Source of the DNA: the human T2T-CHM13v2.0 reference genome, Homo sapiens
Length of the DNA stretch: 64,000 nucleotides
Assembly (NCBI RefSeq): GCF_009914755.1
Contig: NC_060925.1
Reading direction: 5' to 3' (one strand)
This document shows positions 13,942 to 33,913 of the stretch, in pieces (position 1 is the stretch's first letter; each line of letters opens with the position of its first letter). Under the pieces are notes generated by a model. It was not told the origin of the DNA and did not search any database. It was given only the letters and a program-made list of their open reading frames with translations. A program made the position numbers and the translations under genes.

Positions 13942-14779
13942 AGTGTCTCATTTTTAGTGTGTGTATGGGGGCCTTCTGTGAGCCCTAAAGTCATGTGGGC
14001 AGATTCCACAGTAATGAGTGCCCTAAACATATACATAATACGATCTGCCTACTCATTTCCTTTTCTTAAAGTAGATAATACCTTGGACCAATAGCTAAGA
14101 TCTTTTCTGTTTAGCTTGATGGAGCTGCTTCTGCACCAAACATTCTATGACTCGAATTGCAACTTCAGACTTAAAATCATTTTTATTGTATCCTGTTTAA
14201 AATGACAATTCCTACAGCAACTAAATAATTCATAGCCACTCACTCCCTTATTAATCAGTATTGAGGCCTGTTCTAGTGTACGGTAGAACACTAGTATGTA
14301 ATATCCTCTAGTGGTGAGTTTATGCATTAAGAAAATCTCGTTGCTGCTAATCTACTGTTGACGTTTGTGGAATGAGTATTAGGAAATTCTGTGTTCTTTG
14401 CCTTCAGGCTCATCTTATCGCTTGACTTTAGCTCTTTTCAGTGAAAGCTCATATGTTAAGATATGGTAACTCCCAAAGTTCCTATTTTTCTAAACTGCAA
14501 AAACAAGTCTTTCAGATTTTCAAAATTCAATTCAGATTTGTTAGAAAATGTTTCTATAAAATGTGTTAATAAGACCTTTGGTTTTAGTTGGGTATGGATG
14601 GGGGTGGGCCGAGCAGGAAGCTGGGAGAAGGTGGGTGAGGGGCTGAGATGGGTATTCAGGTGCTTCTGCTCTGTAATTCTGGTTTGGCAACATCTTAAGG
14701 CAGAAATTCTGAACACACCCCCACCTCCCCCACTCCCAACACATAAGGTAAGGGATATCCACACTTAAAAAACACATTC

Positions 14780-15478
<699 letters not shown>

Positions 15479-15729
15479 TTAAGTAGGAATAGCACTCGAA
15501 GAATGCTACCCAAGAGCTGCAACAGATTCTAGGCAGGGTCTGCCCTATACCATTTCACTGATGGCCACAAAATGCCACCTGACAACCCTCACAGGATTCT
15601 CTAGCTCCTCAGCTTACTGCCATATGAGGGCAGTTTCCTTTCCCACCATTAATCACCACATGCCCATTTCTATAAACCTGCTATTTTGGGAAATTTAATC
15701 AAGAATCAGTCCGCTGAAAAAAATTCAGA

Positions 15730-15742
15730 TTTATTCTTTATT
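15730..15742 (-). terminator. Tandem AATAAA poly(A) signals, distal end of TOR1AIP2
   Basis: TTTATT at 15730-15735 and 15737-15742 on the plus strand. Confidence 0.7.
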
Positions 15743-16399
15743 CTGGTAATGGCCAACTAATCTGAATAAGGCACATCATCAGCATCTATAAGAAACAAAT
15801 ACAAAAGCAATCCCTGTTATACAGAAAGGGAGTGCAGAGAAGTGGGACGTTAGTATTGGCAAAGCACACATATTTTTTGTTAAGCACAAATAAGCAAAAT
15901 GCAATTGAGTTTGAAAGTCAGTGTGCTGTTTCTTTTATGACAGGAAAGGCAAATAGATTTAAATTTCCTGTGCTCTCTGATGAACCAGGAGCAACTGCCT
16001 GGAGCTTTGTGTTGATGCGTCCTCAGGCCTAGAAGGAACACAGAGAGTAGGGCTGTGACTGCCGGGGGCTTGGCCAACTCTGCCCCATACAATGTGACTC
16101 AGCCTGTTGCTTCCCAAGTCTAAAATGTTCTTTTTGGTTCATGTAACTGCGCTTAGCCAAAGGCAAATTTAGTTTATAAGCCTCAGTGAGGAAAAGCAGG
16201 AGACCATTTGCCAAAATAAGAACCAATTTATGGGCTTTTCAAGACATCACAGCAAGCGGGCACAGATAATGCAGATAATACTGGAAGGAAAGGTACTGAA
16301 GACTAAGGTATTTACCTTTTTGCAGATTAGGGGATACTGATTATGTTCTCAGGCCATTTGGATTGGCCTATAGAGATACAGAAGTTATAGCACAGTTTA

Positions 16400-16632
16400 C
16401 CAAACATCGCATGTTCTCACTCATAGGTGGGAATTGAACAAAGAAAACACTTGGACACAGGGCAGGGAACATCACACACTGGGGCCTGTCAGGGGGTGGG
16501 GGGCTGGGGGAGGGATAGCATTAGGAGAAATACCTAATGTAGATGACGGGTTGATGGGTGCAGCAAACCACCATGGCACGTGTATACCTATGTTAACAAA
16601 CCTGCATGTTCTCCACATGTATCCCAGAACTT

Positions 16633-16663
<31 letters not shown>

Positions 16664-16665
16664 AA
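16400..16665 (+). mobile_element. 5'-truncated L1PA (3' end) with a (TAA)n tail and 20-bp TSD
   Basis: L1 3'UTR (catgttctcactcataggtgggaattgaac...); TSD agaagttatagcacagttta at 16380-16399 and 16666-16685. Confidence 0.92.
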
Positions 16666-17234
16666 AGAAGTTATAGCACAGTTTATTAGCTAGAAATGAA
16701 TTTTAACAGCCCTGTCTCAGTCTGAATGAGGCAAATTTAGGCCCACATCATTAGGTATTTCACAACTTAACACCTAAAATTTAACATAAATTTACAAAAA
16801 TAAGGCTTATTTTAAAGTCATCTGGAGAAACTGTTTTACAGGTATCTTAACTTTATTTAGCTCTCTGTAGAATTAACATCTTTGCAAATATATTATTCAA
16901 CCAAGCATTTGCCATAAAGATAAGCATCAACTTTCCCATTGGACAAGTGATAGTGTTCAAGCTACTTGACTTGTGAAAAACAAAAAACCACCATGACTTC
17001 TCAACAAATACATTTTAAAATGAAATATGCTCAGGCTGATAAACAAACAAGATATTAAAATGGAGACTGACATTGAACTACATAGTCAACTTGAAAAACA
17101 CAAGAAGACAATGCTCCTATAAAATGATATATTATTGGCTTTACAAAGACATACTGGTTTATGTTTACAACTATGTTTTATTTTCAAATGGTAAAGGAAA
17201 GGCTTCATGTTGCTATTTGAAAGTACTTCTCAAC

Positions 17235-19590
<2,356 letters not shown>

Positions 19591-20928
19591 GACTTTTGAA
19601 ATAGCAGACAGAAAACTGACAACACCCTCAATTGATTGCACTATACATGGAAGGGAAAATGTTTTTAAAAAGGCTAAATTAAAAATTATGACTTTAGAAA
19701 TTTATTTTTCTAAATTATTTTGAAGAGAAATGATGAAAAACCATATTCAACTGAATGAAGAAACAAGAATATGCGACATACTGGTTCCTTGACAGATCTG
19801 AGGTAGCACAGGTCAGCAGGCCAATATAATAGTTATACAAGGCAACACTGGTTTTGTGGATGTAACGCTAGCATCTAAGATCTAAAAAGACAGAAAAAAT
19901 GTGCATATGGGATACAGATTTTCCTTCAACTTCCTCTGCTTTTATACTGGATTGACAGTGATATCACATTCACCATGCTTTAACTTTTTGTTCAGGTCTC
20001 TTCCCAAATCTCTTGGAAGCTTCCTTCGAAGTCCCAAATGCAAATTCTTCCTTCAGGTATGCCCCTACACTCAATTGAGCAATTACTCAATTGTAATCTT
20101 TTTAGGTATCAGTAAAGATCCCTGTATCTTCTTAGTGTTTCCTAAAATCTTTCCATACTTTAATCAGACTTCTTAGCTATATACATATGATCTCATATAA
20201 TGGAGAGGCCAAAACCCAGTTGAAATAATCCAGGATTATGGTAATAGTCTATATAATGGAACAGACCCTTTGTTAGGTCGAGATCATTTTACTAGAGTTC
20301 TGCTTTCAGAGCTCAAATGCTAATCAACTCTATCTCCATACAAACTGTTTTCAATCTTTCTTACAATCACAGAACATGGTCCGTCAGTACTGAACATCAA
20401 AACCTCTGAGAATCTACCCACCATTTCTGCTTCCTCTCACTAAGTATAACATCTCTTAGATTTCTCTAATTTTTAACCTAATGGTACTTCTATAACTAGT
20501 TGGTCAAGAAATGAGCTGCATTACATAATGTTCCATCACTGCATAGAAATAAACTGGTAAAGTTATGCCAAATGTTCATATAAAATTTACTATTAAATTG
20601 GTTATTCAAAAATAAATTTTTAAAATAAAACAAATAAATTGGTTATTAAAATCTGTTCTGCTGAAAGAGTCTACAAACTCTTACCCTAGACAAGTATAAA
20701 ATTCCATGCAGAGGGGACAGAAATGACGATTAACAGAAATGAACAAAAGCATCAGAGACATGCTAGTAAATGCTAGCTTATACATTCTGCTGTTCATGTA
20801 TAGATCTTTATCCTTCATAAATAATGTATCTATACAATAAACCTGTATTTCATCTTCCTACTCATAAGATTTAATACATTCATTTTTTAAACATATTTCC
20901 TATCTTCTAAGATGTTTTTTCACTTAAT

Positions 20929-21072
20929 CAATGGTTTTCAAACTCGAATATCAGTGAAACTCTTTGTTCCAATGAAATCTCATAGAGAACCCCAACATAT
21001 AAAACAGTTAAAAGCAGAACTGCTCTGATACAAAGGGGAAGGGTGCCAGTAGACACAGTTTGAAAATCAATG
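20929..21072. mobile_element. hAT-Charlie-type MITE in the TOR1AIP2 3'UTR
   Basis: Imperfect terminal inverted repeats caatggttttcaaact / agtttgaaaatcaatg. Confidence 0.6.
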
Positions 21073-21818
21073 CTGTAAATTGTTCAAGAAAAGCTGAAGT
21101 AAAGATATAGCCAATTGGAATTTCTTCATTTCCAATGATTATAAACAATTTCCCCACTGGTTCTCATTTTTAAGAACATTTGAGTACAGCTGCTTATACC
21201 TCAGCTGAATGAAATAAAAGCACAGTGCCTTACATGTAGTATTTAGGTAGGTACTTAATGGTTTGAATTCTTATTTCTTTTATCATACTACTCAAAACTG
21301 CAAAATTAATATAAGATATAATCCCGTAACTTTAGATTATTAAAGTAAGGTTTGAAAATATTCAACATGTGATAGAAAAATTTTCTAAAGGTTATCATTG
21401 CTTCATAATTCTAATTGCTTTAGTCCAAGTCCAAACATTATCGAAAAGGTTCTTCAGAGTCTCACTCAAGAAAAAAAAAAAATCACTCTGTAGTTACTCT
21501 AAGAAGTAAGAGTATCTTCCTGTGCAATGTTGCTATATTTTAGAATTTAAAAAAAATTCTCATATATATCATCGATATTTCAAACCTGATTTGGTCCAAA
21601 GAAAAAAAGTCAGGTTAATTTTTAGCTTTGTCAAGGCTTAGATTAGAAAGATTTTACAAGGAATAAAAAATAAAAACTTGTTTCTAAAATAAGCTCATCT
21701 TTGTTTTTCAGGCTATTTCCTCAAGCTATTTTATCAACCTCCTTCCATATAAATGGAAGGTCTTTAAACAAACTTTTTCATAAACATATACCTTCTGTAA
21801 CCAACTCTGTGCTTAGCT

Positions 21819-22576
21819 TTAGAAAAGGCACCCCTGTTCTTCTATGCTACTCACTGGCTGGACTGGCAGTACCAGGTGTGAAATTCGGCTCCACAGCCCA
21901 CTCAATTTGTCTGAGTCCATGTGGTTGAAGGAGGTGGGAGTGTCAGAGTTGGTAAACTTGGCCCAGAGTAAGTCTCTCACTTTTTCTTCCGTTTCCCTTG
22001 GGCCTACACTTGCTTCTAATGTTTCCTCCTCTAGCAGAACAGTCAGGACCAGGGCCACATCTTTAAAGGCAGCATTCTCATGATCACAATACTTATAGAA
22101 GATCAAAGTGGAGCCGGCAGGGAAGGATTCGAAGTGGTGTACCACAGCAGCCTTCTGGCCATTCTCAAACCCATAGCTCAGCTCCAGGTCAACCAACAGC
22201 TTGACCGTGTCACTGTCCTGCCAGGTCCTTCCAGCCCCATCAATCTGAATGGGAGAGACTTTCTGGGAAGAGGTGTAGGCATCTGCAACATGGTGGCTCA
22301 GGCACTTCAGGGTCTCTCTTCCCTCCCGAGCTGCTGTAAATATGATGGTGGCTGGCTCAGTGGGGTTGGAAGCATTGAGGTGCTTCTGGAGAAACTTCCG
22401 TCCTCTCTGCCACAGGAAGGAACTCTGGCCTGGAAATTTATCTTCCAATTGGCTAAACTGGGCCAAAAAGGCCTCCAAAGCTGGATTTTTGGGCACTTGC
22501 TGGGCTGGAGAGGAATAGTAGCTATTCACAGAACTTGCCACAACAGCCACAACCAGGACGACAAGAATCACAGGGC
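21819..22576 (-). CDS. TOR1AIP2: TOR1AIP2/LULL1 last coding exon: transmembrane helix and luminal Torsin-activating AAA+-like domain
   Basis: Acceptor ttcttttgaCAG; TM segment [16 protein letters not shown]; NAS sequon at N286; C310 and C468; arginine finger R449 (codon 21885-21887); the four exons sum to 1413 nt = 470 aa plus stop. Confidence 0.97.
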
Positions 22577-23282
22577 CTGTCAAAAGAATGAAAAAGGAAT
22601 AGAAAATTACAGAGAACACGAGCCAGAAACAAAGCCTGTGGTAAACTGAAATGAGGCAGAGATACCAGCAGGTTTTACTAGGAGCAATAAGTTTCTTTTG
22701 CATAAATTGTTTAAACTTTCAATCCACCAGAAGTACCTTTTCTCTAATCTCTTCTCAGATTTAATTATTTGAAGATATATCTGTTAAAAGATAAAAGCTA
22801 CGTGGAAGAGTTAAGTACTCGGTAAAAAATTTTTAAAAATAAAAGGTAAAAGCTGAGTCTATGTATTTGTTATTATAACTAATGATGTAATTTAGACATG
22901 AGTGATCAAGATTTTTTTTCATCTTCTCAATGCACCTACTACCTATAGCCGACCATTTTTTTAGGAGTCATAACTTTAAAGTGCACTTGAAAAATTAATA
23001 TTCTCTAATTAGAAAGGCAGTTTTTGTTTCTTGTTTAGGAAAAGCCTTTCCTATTGTGAGAAATTCCATTTTGTTAAGCACAGCAAAATATCAGCCAGCA
23101 CCCGTAAGGGAAAAATCCCTAAAACTCTAGTGTACTATTTTACTATGTCTCACTACCAATCATTAAATAAGTATATATAAACACAATGTTAAAACTGTTT
23201 AAATCTGCTAGTTTTCTAGGCATTTTCACTGAGGATTTCTGAAAGTGAATCAACACTGCAGTAAAACCAGGTTTGTTCTCAC

Positions 23283-25271
<1,989 letters not shown>

Positions 25272-25332
25272 TAAACTAGATTTTTTTAAACAATATTTTT
25301 TCTACTCACAGTGAACCTGCCTAACAGTGAAT

Positions 25333-25502
25333 TTTTTTTTAAGAGATGGGATCTCACTAGATTGCCCAGGCTAGCTAGAATGCAGTGGCTATTCACAGGG
25401 GTGATCATAGCACACTGCAGGCTTGAACTCCTGGGCTCAAGCAATCCTCCCAACTCAGCTTCCCAAGTAACTGGGACTAGAGGTGTAAGTAATTGCACCT
25501 AG
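25333..25502 (-). mobile_element. FAM (fossil Alu monomer, 7SL-derived)
   Basis: Retains the 7SL-type segment tgcagtggctattcacagg that dimeric Alus lack. Confidence 0.7.
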
Positions 25503-26592
25503 TTTATAACAGTGAAATTCTGACGCAGGTCATGGTCCTTACAGATCACATTCATTCATTTGACAAAATTCATAAAGGTGTTTCTATGTGCCAGGTGCCA
25601 GAGATACACAATGAATGAGAGGACACAGTCCTTGCCTTCACTGAAGTTACAGATTATTCTAATGATTAATAAATAAAACATATATTTGAGATTAGTCATT
25701 GATTTGCAGTGAAACATGAATTACTAGCCCTTGCTGAAGTCCCTGATGAACAGAACATCTTATATTTTATATTCTTTTGCACTGGCAAATGGGCATTTCA
25801 GACTGAGCTCTTCAGAGTGCTTATAAAATACAAACCCACACAGACAATCACAGAAGGTGAAAGTTAGAAGAATGTTTGGATATCATCTTGTCCAACTTCT
25901 TCATTTTACAAACAGGAAATTGAAGCACCAGGAAGGGAAGATTTTCCCAAGGTCTCCCAAGTCAGCAAGTGGTAGGGCCACAACTAGAATTCACACCTCC
26001 AGTTCCAGTTAAGGATTTAGCACACTGCAACGCTTAGCTTCATAAGGGAAGACATGCTTGTTCCTCTTAACATATAGGCAGAAAAAACCACGTATAGAGA
26101 AACTAACTGTCTTACTCAAAGTCCTATAAAACTGAAACATGACTGAGTTAAGGATACTGTCCCATTAATGCTCATTTTTAAATATACCCATCTCTTGATT
26201 TATGTAACATTTAGTTTCCCAAAAAGTAAAAGATTTTAAAAATTGTAAGTCGAAATATTCTCATAAGAAATAAAAAACCAGAAGCGAATTTTTTAAAAGT
26301 CATGCCCCTTTTTGTCATATCACATTAATATAAACAGTTAATAAAAACATGCTTAGAAATGCAGTTTATGTGTAGGAAGCAACTTAATATAGTGGAATGA
26401 GCTAGCCTAGATGAGAAACCTCATTCTAAAATCAACTCAGTCATGGCTTGGTGTGAGCTTGGGCAAGGCCCAAAGGCCTTACTCCTATGAAAGATGACAA
26501 AAGTTCTCTGGAAAGAAGGCCTCTGACTTCTGCTGTGTTCTCAGTTAACAGAGCAGTACAAAACAGGAGAGTAGTTCAGGGGGTTCTCTTAC

Positions 26593-27111
26593 CTGGGGCC
26601 AGCAGTCGCCTCCTCAGTGTATCCTCACCCTCTTGCCCTGCACTGGAATGACCAGGACTCTGGGCCTCCTGGGAGTCTGTAGTAGGTGGTTCCTGAGATG
26701 CTCCAGTTCCGTCACTCGCTTCCTTAGGGAGGGCCACAGAGCTGCTCCCTAAGTGTGCATCTGCTCTTCCTACCTTGTCACTTGGAGAATGGCTGGGATC
26801 TGGATCCAAGGGTTCTTTACCCAGATTTTCTGAAGGGAGGTGATGCCCTTTTCCGCCATCCAGAAAACTCTGCTTGTTCTCATCTTCTGTTTTATCCTTT
26901 GGATGTTTCCCCACATTTGCTTCATCTGGACTTTCTGATTTATCACCTGTATCTGCACTTTCTGGACCTTCTGTCTCTACCTCTTGGTGGTCTTTGCTAA
27001 GACCACAGGCAGAGTGTAGGATCTCAGCTTCTTCAGCATTACTTGCTATGATTGTGGTCTCCTGCGCCTGAGAATTTACTGATGGATCATTTTCCAAATC
27101 CTTTTGAGAGT
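26593..27111 (-). CDS. TOR1AIP2: TOR1AIP2/LULL1 coding exon (519 bp), acidic low-complexity cytoplasmic region
   Basis: Overlaps ORF 26576..27097; acceptor TAG|ACTCTC, donor CCAG|GTAAGA; phase 1/1 joins the neighbouring exons in frame. Confidence 0.95.
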
Positions 27112-27882
27112 CTATTGAGATAAAAGTTTATAATTTTTATTGGAAAAAATTCCCCATAAATTTATATTTTAACAAGGTCCCTGTTTAATAATAATATTTA
27201 CATAGATTTTCATGGTTTACAAGACACTTCCTAAACATTATTTCTCTTGGCTCCCACTAAAGGCAATTAAAACAACAACAAAAAAAATCTTATCATGTTA
27301 ATAAATATAAAATGACACTAATATAAAACAAATTATATGACAGAACAAACTTTTGGCTATATTAAATATATCCTCTTCCCTAATGAAAGGCAATGCTCAT
27401 CAATGGTAGCAAAACCTTATGCAAAAGGCTGATAGGGACTTTTATAGTGGATGAGCCAGACTGACAACTGCTGAACCCAGCGACCAATCTTCACATCATG
27501 AAAACAGGGAAACCCAAACAGATATCATTTACTTTCTAATACAATGCAGTAAGAAGTACTCTAGACCACTTGGGAAGTATTTTTGCCAAACAACTAAACT
27601 TAAATCTGGTAAGTTTCTAGAGCAACCAGTTTCCAAGAAATATAGGGATACAGGAATACATTAAATTATGCCTCAAGAATATAATCAGCAAAACCCAGCA
27701 CGTGGGAAATTCCAAAAGACTTTGTTTCTTTAATAAAAGTAAGAATGGCCAGATGTGGTGGCTCATGCATGTAATCCCAGCACTTTGGGAGGCCAAGGCA
27801 GGTGAATCACCTGAGGTCAGGAGTTCAAGACCAGCCTGGCAACATGGTGAAACCCCGTCTCTACTAAAAATACAAAAATTCA

Positions 27883-28113
<231 letters not shown>

Positions 28114-28379
28114 TTAAAGAAGCATTGTATTTTTCCATTACTATAAGTCCTTACTATTGGAGTCTCTAAAACATTTATCTTCCTTATATTATAATTAGGG
28201 TCTCGCATTATAGTAAAATTCAGTAAATTTGAAAGAATAAGTATAATCAAAACAAATGAACCCACTGAATTAGCTTTTTTACTTCAAAACCTCAGATTTT
28301 AGTCATCAGAGATTTTCTCTCTCTGCACACCCCTGGTTTCCTACAGCAGCAACCTCAGTGCCAGACAAATCAGTCTTAC

Positions 28380-28413
28380 CCTCTTGAGGTTCCCTAAGTC
28401 CACTGTCGGCCAT
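28380..28413 (-). CDS. TOR1AIP2: TOR1AIP2/LULL1 first coding segment (MADSGLREPQE), in exon 28380-28559
   Basis: ATG at 28413 in context AACATGG; acceptor ttttgtttTAG ends at 28560; donor G|GTAAG at 28380/28379; recognised LULL1 N-terminus. Confidence 0.95.
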
Positions 28414-29839
28414 GTTTGTGTTCTATCTCTTCAGAGTTGGGAGGATACTTTTTTTAGTACTTGGTTTTCCTTGTGAAGATGTCTTGTTTTCTTCTTGTCC
28501 CAAGTCCCAACAGACTCATGCTTCCCATGGACCCAGGAAATAAGGCATATATACAGTGACTAAAACAAAATGAAAAAAAATTAAATGACTTTTTATCCAT
28601 ACAAGGGAGAAATGCAAGTATCAGCTTTATTTATTAAATATGTGTAGCTTGAGTACTATTTCCTCTGTGAAACTTTTTTCGTGAAGAAAATTTCCTTTCA
28701 TGAGAATCATATTCCAAATCCTAGACTACTGAAAAAAGCTCCAGATTATTAATCTTTCATGAATTTCATAATCTAATATATTCCAGCATAGTTGAAAGAG
28801 TATAAAAAGTAAGATCAAGTGACCAGAATCTTCAACAGACTAGCTTGAATTAAAATAAAAAATAAATCTAAGAGTAGAAATTTAAGTCATTGCTGAAACA
28901 ATCACTGCAGATTTCCTGGATGTCTTCAATTTCTGTCCCAGATAATTTTCTCATAGTCTGCCTATCAGGAGCTTTCACTTATATTAAAAAGTAACAATGC
29001 ACAGGAGGTTCCCACAAACTGAGATGGCTGCTTTGAGGTGTACCACTACACATTTGGACTGACTTTGAAGTGGTTTTCTCGAAGTATTCTTTTGTAAAAT
29101 ATGGAGACAGATATTCCTTTATACAATGCCTTTTTATGCAATGCTCAAAGACAGACAAAGAAAATTATTAAGGTTTACACAAAAGGAATCAAAATCAAAG
29201 GCACTTTATAAGCAATAAAAACAGTCATATTTTATAGTTCTTTTTTTTGTCAAAAACAAATTGATCAATAAAGTTACTTAATATTTATTCCCTATGAAAA
29301 TGAGAATAATGATATCTATGAGGCTTAAATACAAAAATATATAAGAAAAACCTGTGTGAAGTGTTATAGTTTTTTGACAGCCTAGCTGGAAGGCTAGCCA
29401 ACTGGCCGTCTTTATGTTTTTCTCAGTACTCTTTTGTAAAATTTAAATTTACACATTAAAAACTTTGATCCCCAATGCCTACACGGTGCCTAGTGTATAG
29501 TAAGAACTCCATATTTTAACTTAAAAGCTTATGAAAAAATAAATGAATGTATAAATAAAGAGTGATGCCATAGATAAATTGGAAGGGAAGAGAAGAGTTA
29601 GGGACAGATTTTCTTTCTGCCACTGTGAACACTTAGCGAAGTGTTCAGAGGGTTCCTTGTCAGCTCTTTTATCTTCTTCAAGCTCCTGGGATTGGGCTTT
29701 CAAGCCATCATATGTTGGAATGAAGTTTTCTCTCCTATCCTAGCTCATGACAGAAAATAAAAAGTCCCCAGTCCTTTTTAAGTTTTGTTAAAAAAATTTT
29801 TCCTGCCAGCCAAAACCAAGAAAATAGGCTAAAAGTTTC

Positions 29840-31620
<1,781 letters not shown>

Positions 31621-33210
31621 AAATTATAGCAGTGAAGTACTGCTGACCAGGCACAGTGGCTCACACCTGTAATACCAGCACTTTCAGAGGCCAAGGCAGA
31701 CAGATCGGTTGAGCTTAGGAGTTTAAGACCAGCCTGGACAACATGGTGAAACCTCATCTCTACAAAAAAAAAATACAAAAACTAGCCAGGCGTGGTGGTG
31801 CATACCTGTAGTCCCAGCTGCTGAGGTGGGAGGATCACTTGAGCCTGGGAGGCAGAGGTTGCAGTGAGGCAAGATCACACCACTTCACTCCAGCCTGGGC
31901 GACAGAGCAAAACTCCGTCTCAAAAAAGAAAAAAAAATGTTTAATATCTTTACTGAGGTGGTGGTTCCATTTGTTATCAAACTTAAAATCTGTACATTAA
32001 TTGTATGTGACATAGATTATCCTCAATAAACCTTATTGCAAACAAACAGAACTGAAGGTTTTCAAAAATGTATTACTTGGTTACTAGGTTGCAGTCCAAA
32101 AGAATCTGCAAAGGTGCCATCACAGATATTTCTATTATCTTACAAATGCTTGACATACACCTTTCCTGTCACAAAGCACACACAGATCCTACACCCCACT
32201 TCATTCAGACCTTTTGTAACATATCATCACTGTTCATAGTTGAAATGGCATTTCCCTTACAGTACAAGAAGTGGGACAAACAAGGAAGTTCTTGACAAAT
32301 CCTCAGAAAAGGTCACATGGCAGGGTATCTGAGAGATCTGGAGGCCACTGTTTCAGAGGCAGGTCAATCTTTTTTTCCCCCCCAAGATAGAATCTCACTC
32401 TTCGCATAGGCTGGAGTGAAGTGGTGTAATCTTGGCTCACCGCAACCTCCAACTTCCAGGTTCAAGCGATTCTCGTGCCTCAGCCTTCATAGCTGGGACT
32501 ACAGCTGCGCACCACCGTGCCCAGCTAATTTTTGTATTTTTAGTACACACAGCATCTCACCATGTTGCCCAGGTTGGTCTCAAACTCCTGGCCTCAAGTG
32601 ATCTGCCCGCCTCAGCCTCACAAAGTGGTGGGGATTACAGGCATGAGCCACTGCGCCCAGCCAAGCAGGTCAATCTTTTGAACAGTGTCTGATCCCTATC
32701 AGGGTATGTGTTCATTAGGAACCTCTGGACTGCATAATGGAAGTGAGGCAGAGCCTCATCCTGAAGGAAAATGCAGTAGCTGGAGACTTTCTACAGCTGT
32801 AGGGAAAACCACTCCATAAGCATGCCCCAAAATAGATGCTTTTGATAGTATCTTCTACAAGGAACTGATGAGACCTGTGTGCTTCATATGGCAACAAAAG
32901 ACATTCACTCTGAGTGAATCCCTTGCAAGTTCAATTACGAAATGTTGGTGTTCAGTGCTCTATACGTGGCGGTTATAATGATTCATATTTCTACTTAAAT
33001 AAAATGTAGTCTCATTGCTGACAGTCATTTCCACTTCCTTGTGACGCTGAAATCTGCAGCAAAACTTGTATCATTTTGCTTTAGTTGTCTCCATCAAGGC
33101 TTGTAACAGGTGAAGGCTGTAAGGTTTTATTCTCCATTTATGGAGAACCTACTAGACGGCCGGCTGAGGGATGCCTTGCTTAATTTCTATTTCCTGGGAC
33201 TTTTCTAAGA

Positions 33211-33262
33211 GGGACACAGATTTGCCTCAACTGCTTGGGACACAGATTTGCCTCAACTGCTT
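33211..33262. repeat. Perfect 26-bp tandem duplication
   Basis: gggacacagatttgcctcaactgctt x2. Confidence 0.95.
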
Positions 33263-33481
33263 CCTCTGTAAATGTGGCTGCCTTGTGCTCTGTCTTCTAA
33301 GATGTATCCTTTCTACTTCATCTCACCGTAAAATGGTAAATGCTTTGACTACCTGGTAGGTGACATTGTGTGGTATACCAAATGACTTTTTACATAACCA
33401 AGTTTAGAAGATTCCAACATACAATATTAAGTGCTATAAGGCTAACTACAATTCAATACATATTACATGTTTATAAATTTG

Positions 33482-33913
33482 GGCCAGGTATGATGGCTCA
33501 TGCATGTAAGCCAGGATGTTACAATTCTGCTATGAAAACAAGTAGTAACATATAAAGCATACACAACTATAAAAGTTACTATTTATTGAGTGCTTTCTTT
33601 GTGTCAGGCAGCATTCAGATCACTTTATGTATTAACTCATTTAACCTTCACAACACTTCGAGAGGCCAAGGCAGGAGGATTGCTTGAGTCCAGAAGTTCA
33701 AGATCAGTCTGGGCAACATAATGAGATGATGTCTCTACAAAAAAAATTTAAAAATTAGCCAGGTATGGTGTCACACGCCTGTAATCCCAGCTACTCAGGA
33801 GGCTAAGGAGGACGATCCTTTGAGCCCAGGAGTTCAAGGCTGCAGGGAGCTAAGATCACACCACTGCAATCCAGCCTGAGTGACCCTGTCTCGGGGGAAA
33901 AAAACAAACAAAA
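33482..33913 (+). mobile_element. AluJ interrupted by a ~138-bp insertion
   Basis: Alu 5' end at 33482-33515 resumes at about 33651. Confidence 0.8.

Noticed and set aside
22080-22649. 189-aa plus-strand ORF
   Set aside because: Antisense shadow of the LULL1 coding exon with no independent coding features
22577-22703. N-terminal extension of the 294-aa ORF ([10 protein letters not shown]...FFILLT)
   Set aside because: It is intron and polypyrimidine tract upstream of the acceptor at 22577; the spliced model already gives exactly 470 aa
25333-25502. Possible 7SL RNA gene
   Set aside because: Too short, lacks most of the S domain and is diverged; better explained as a FAM SINE
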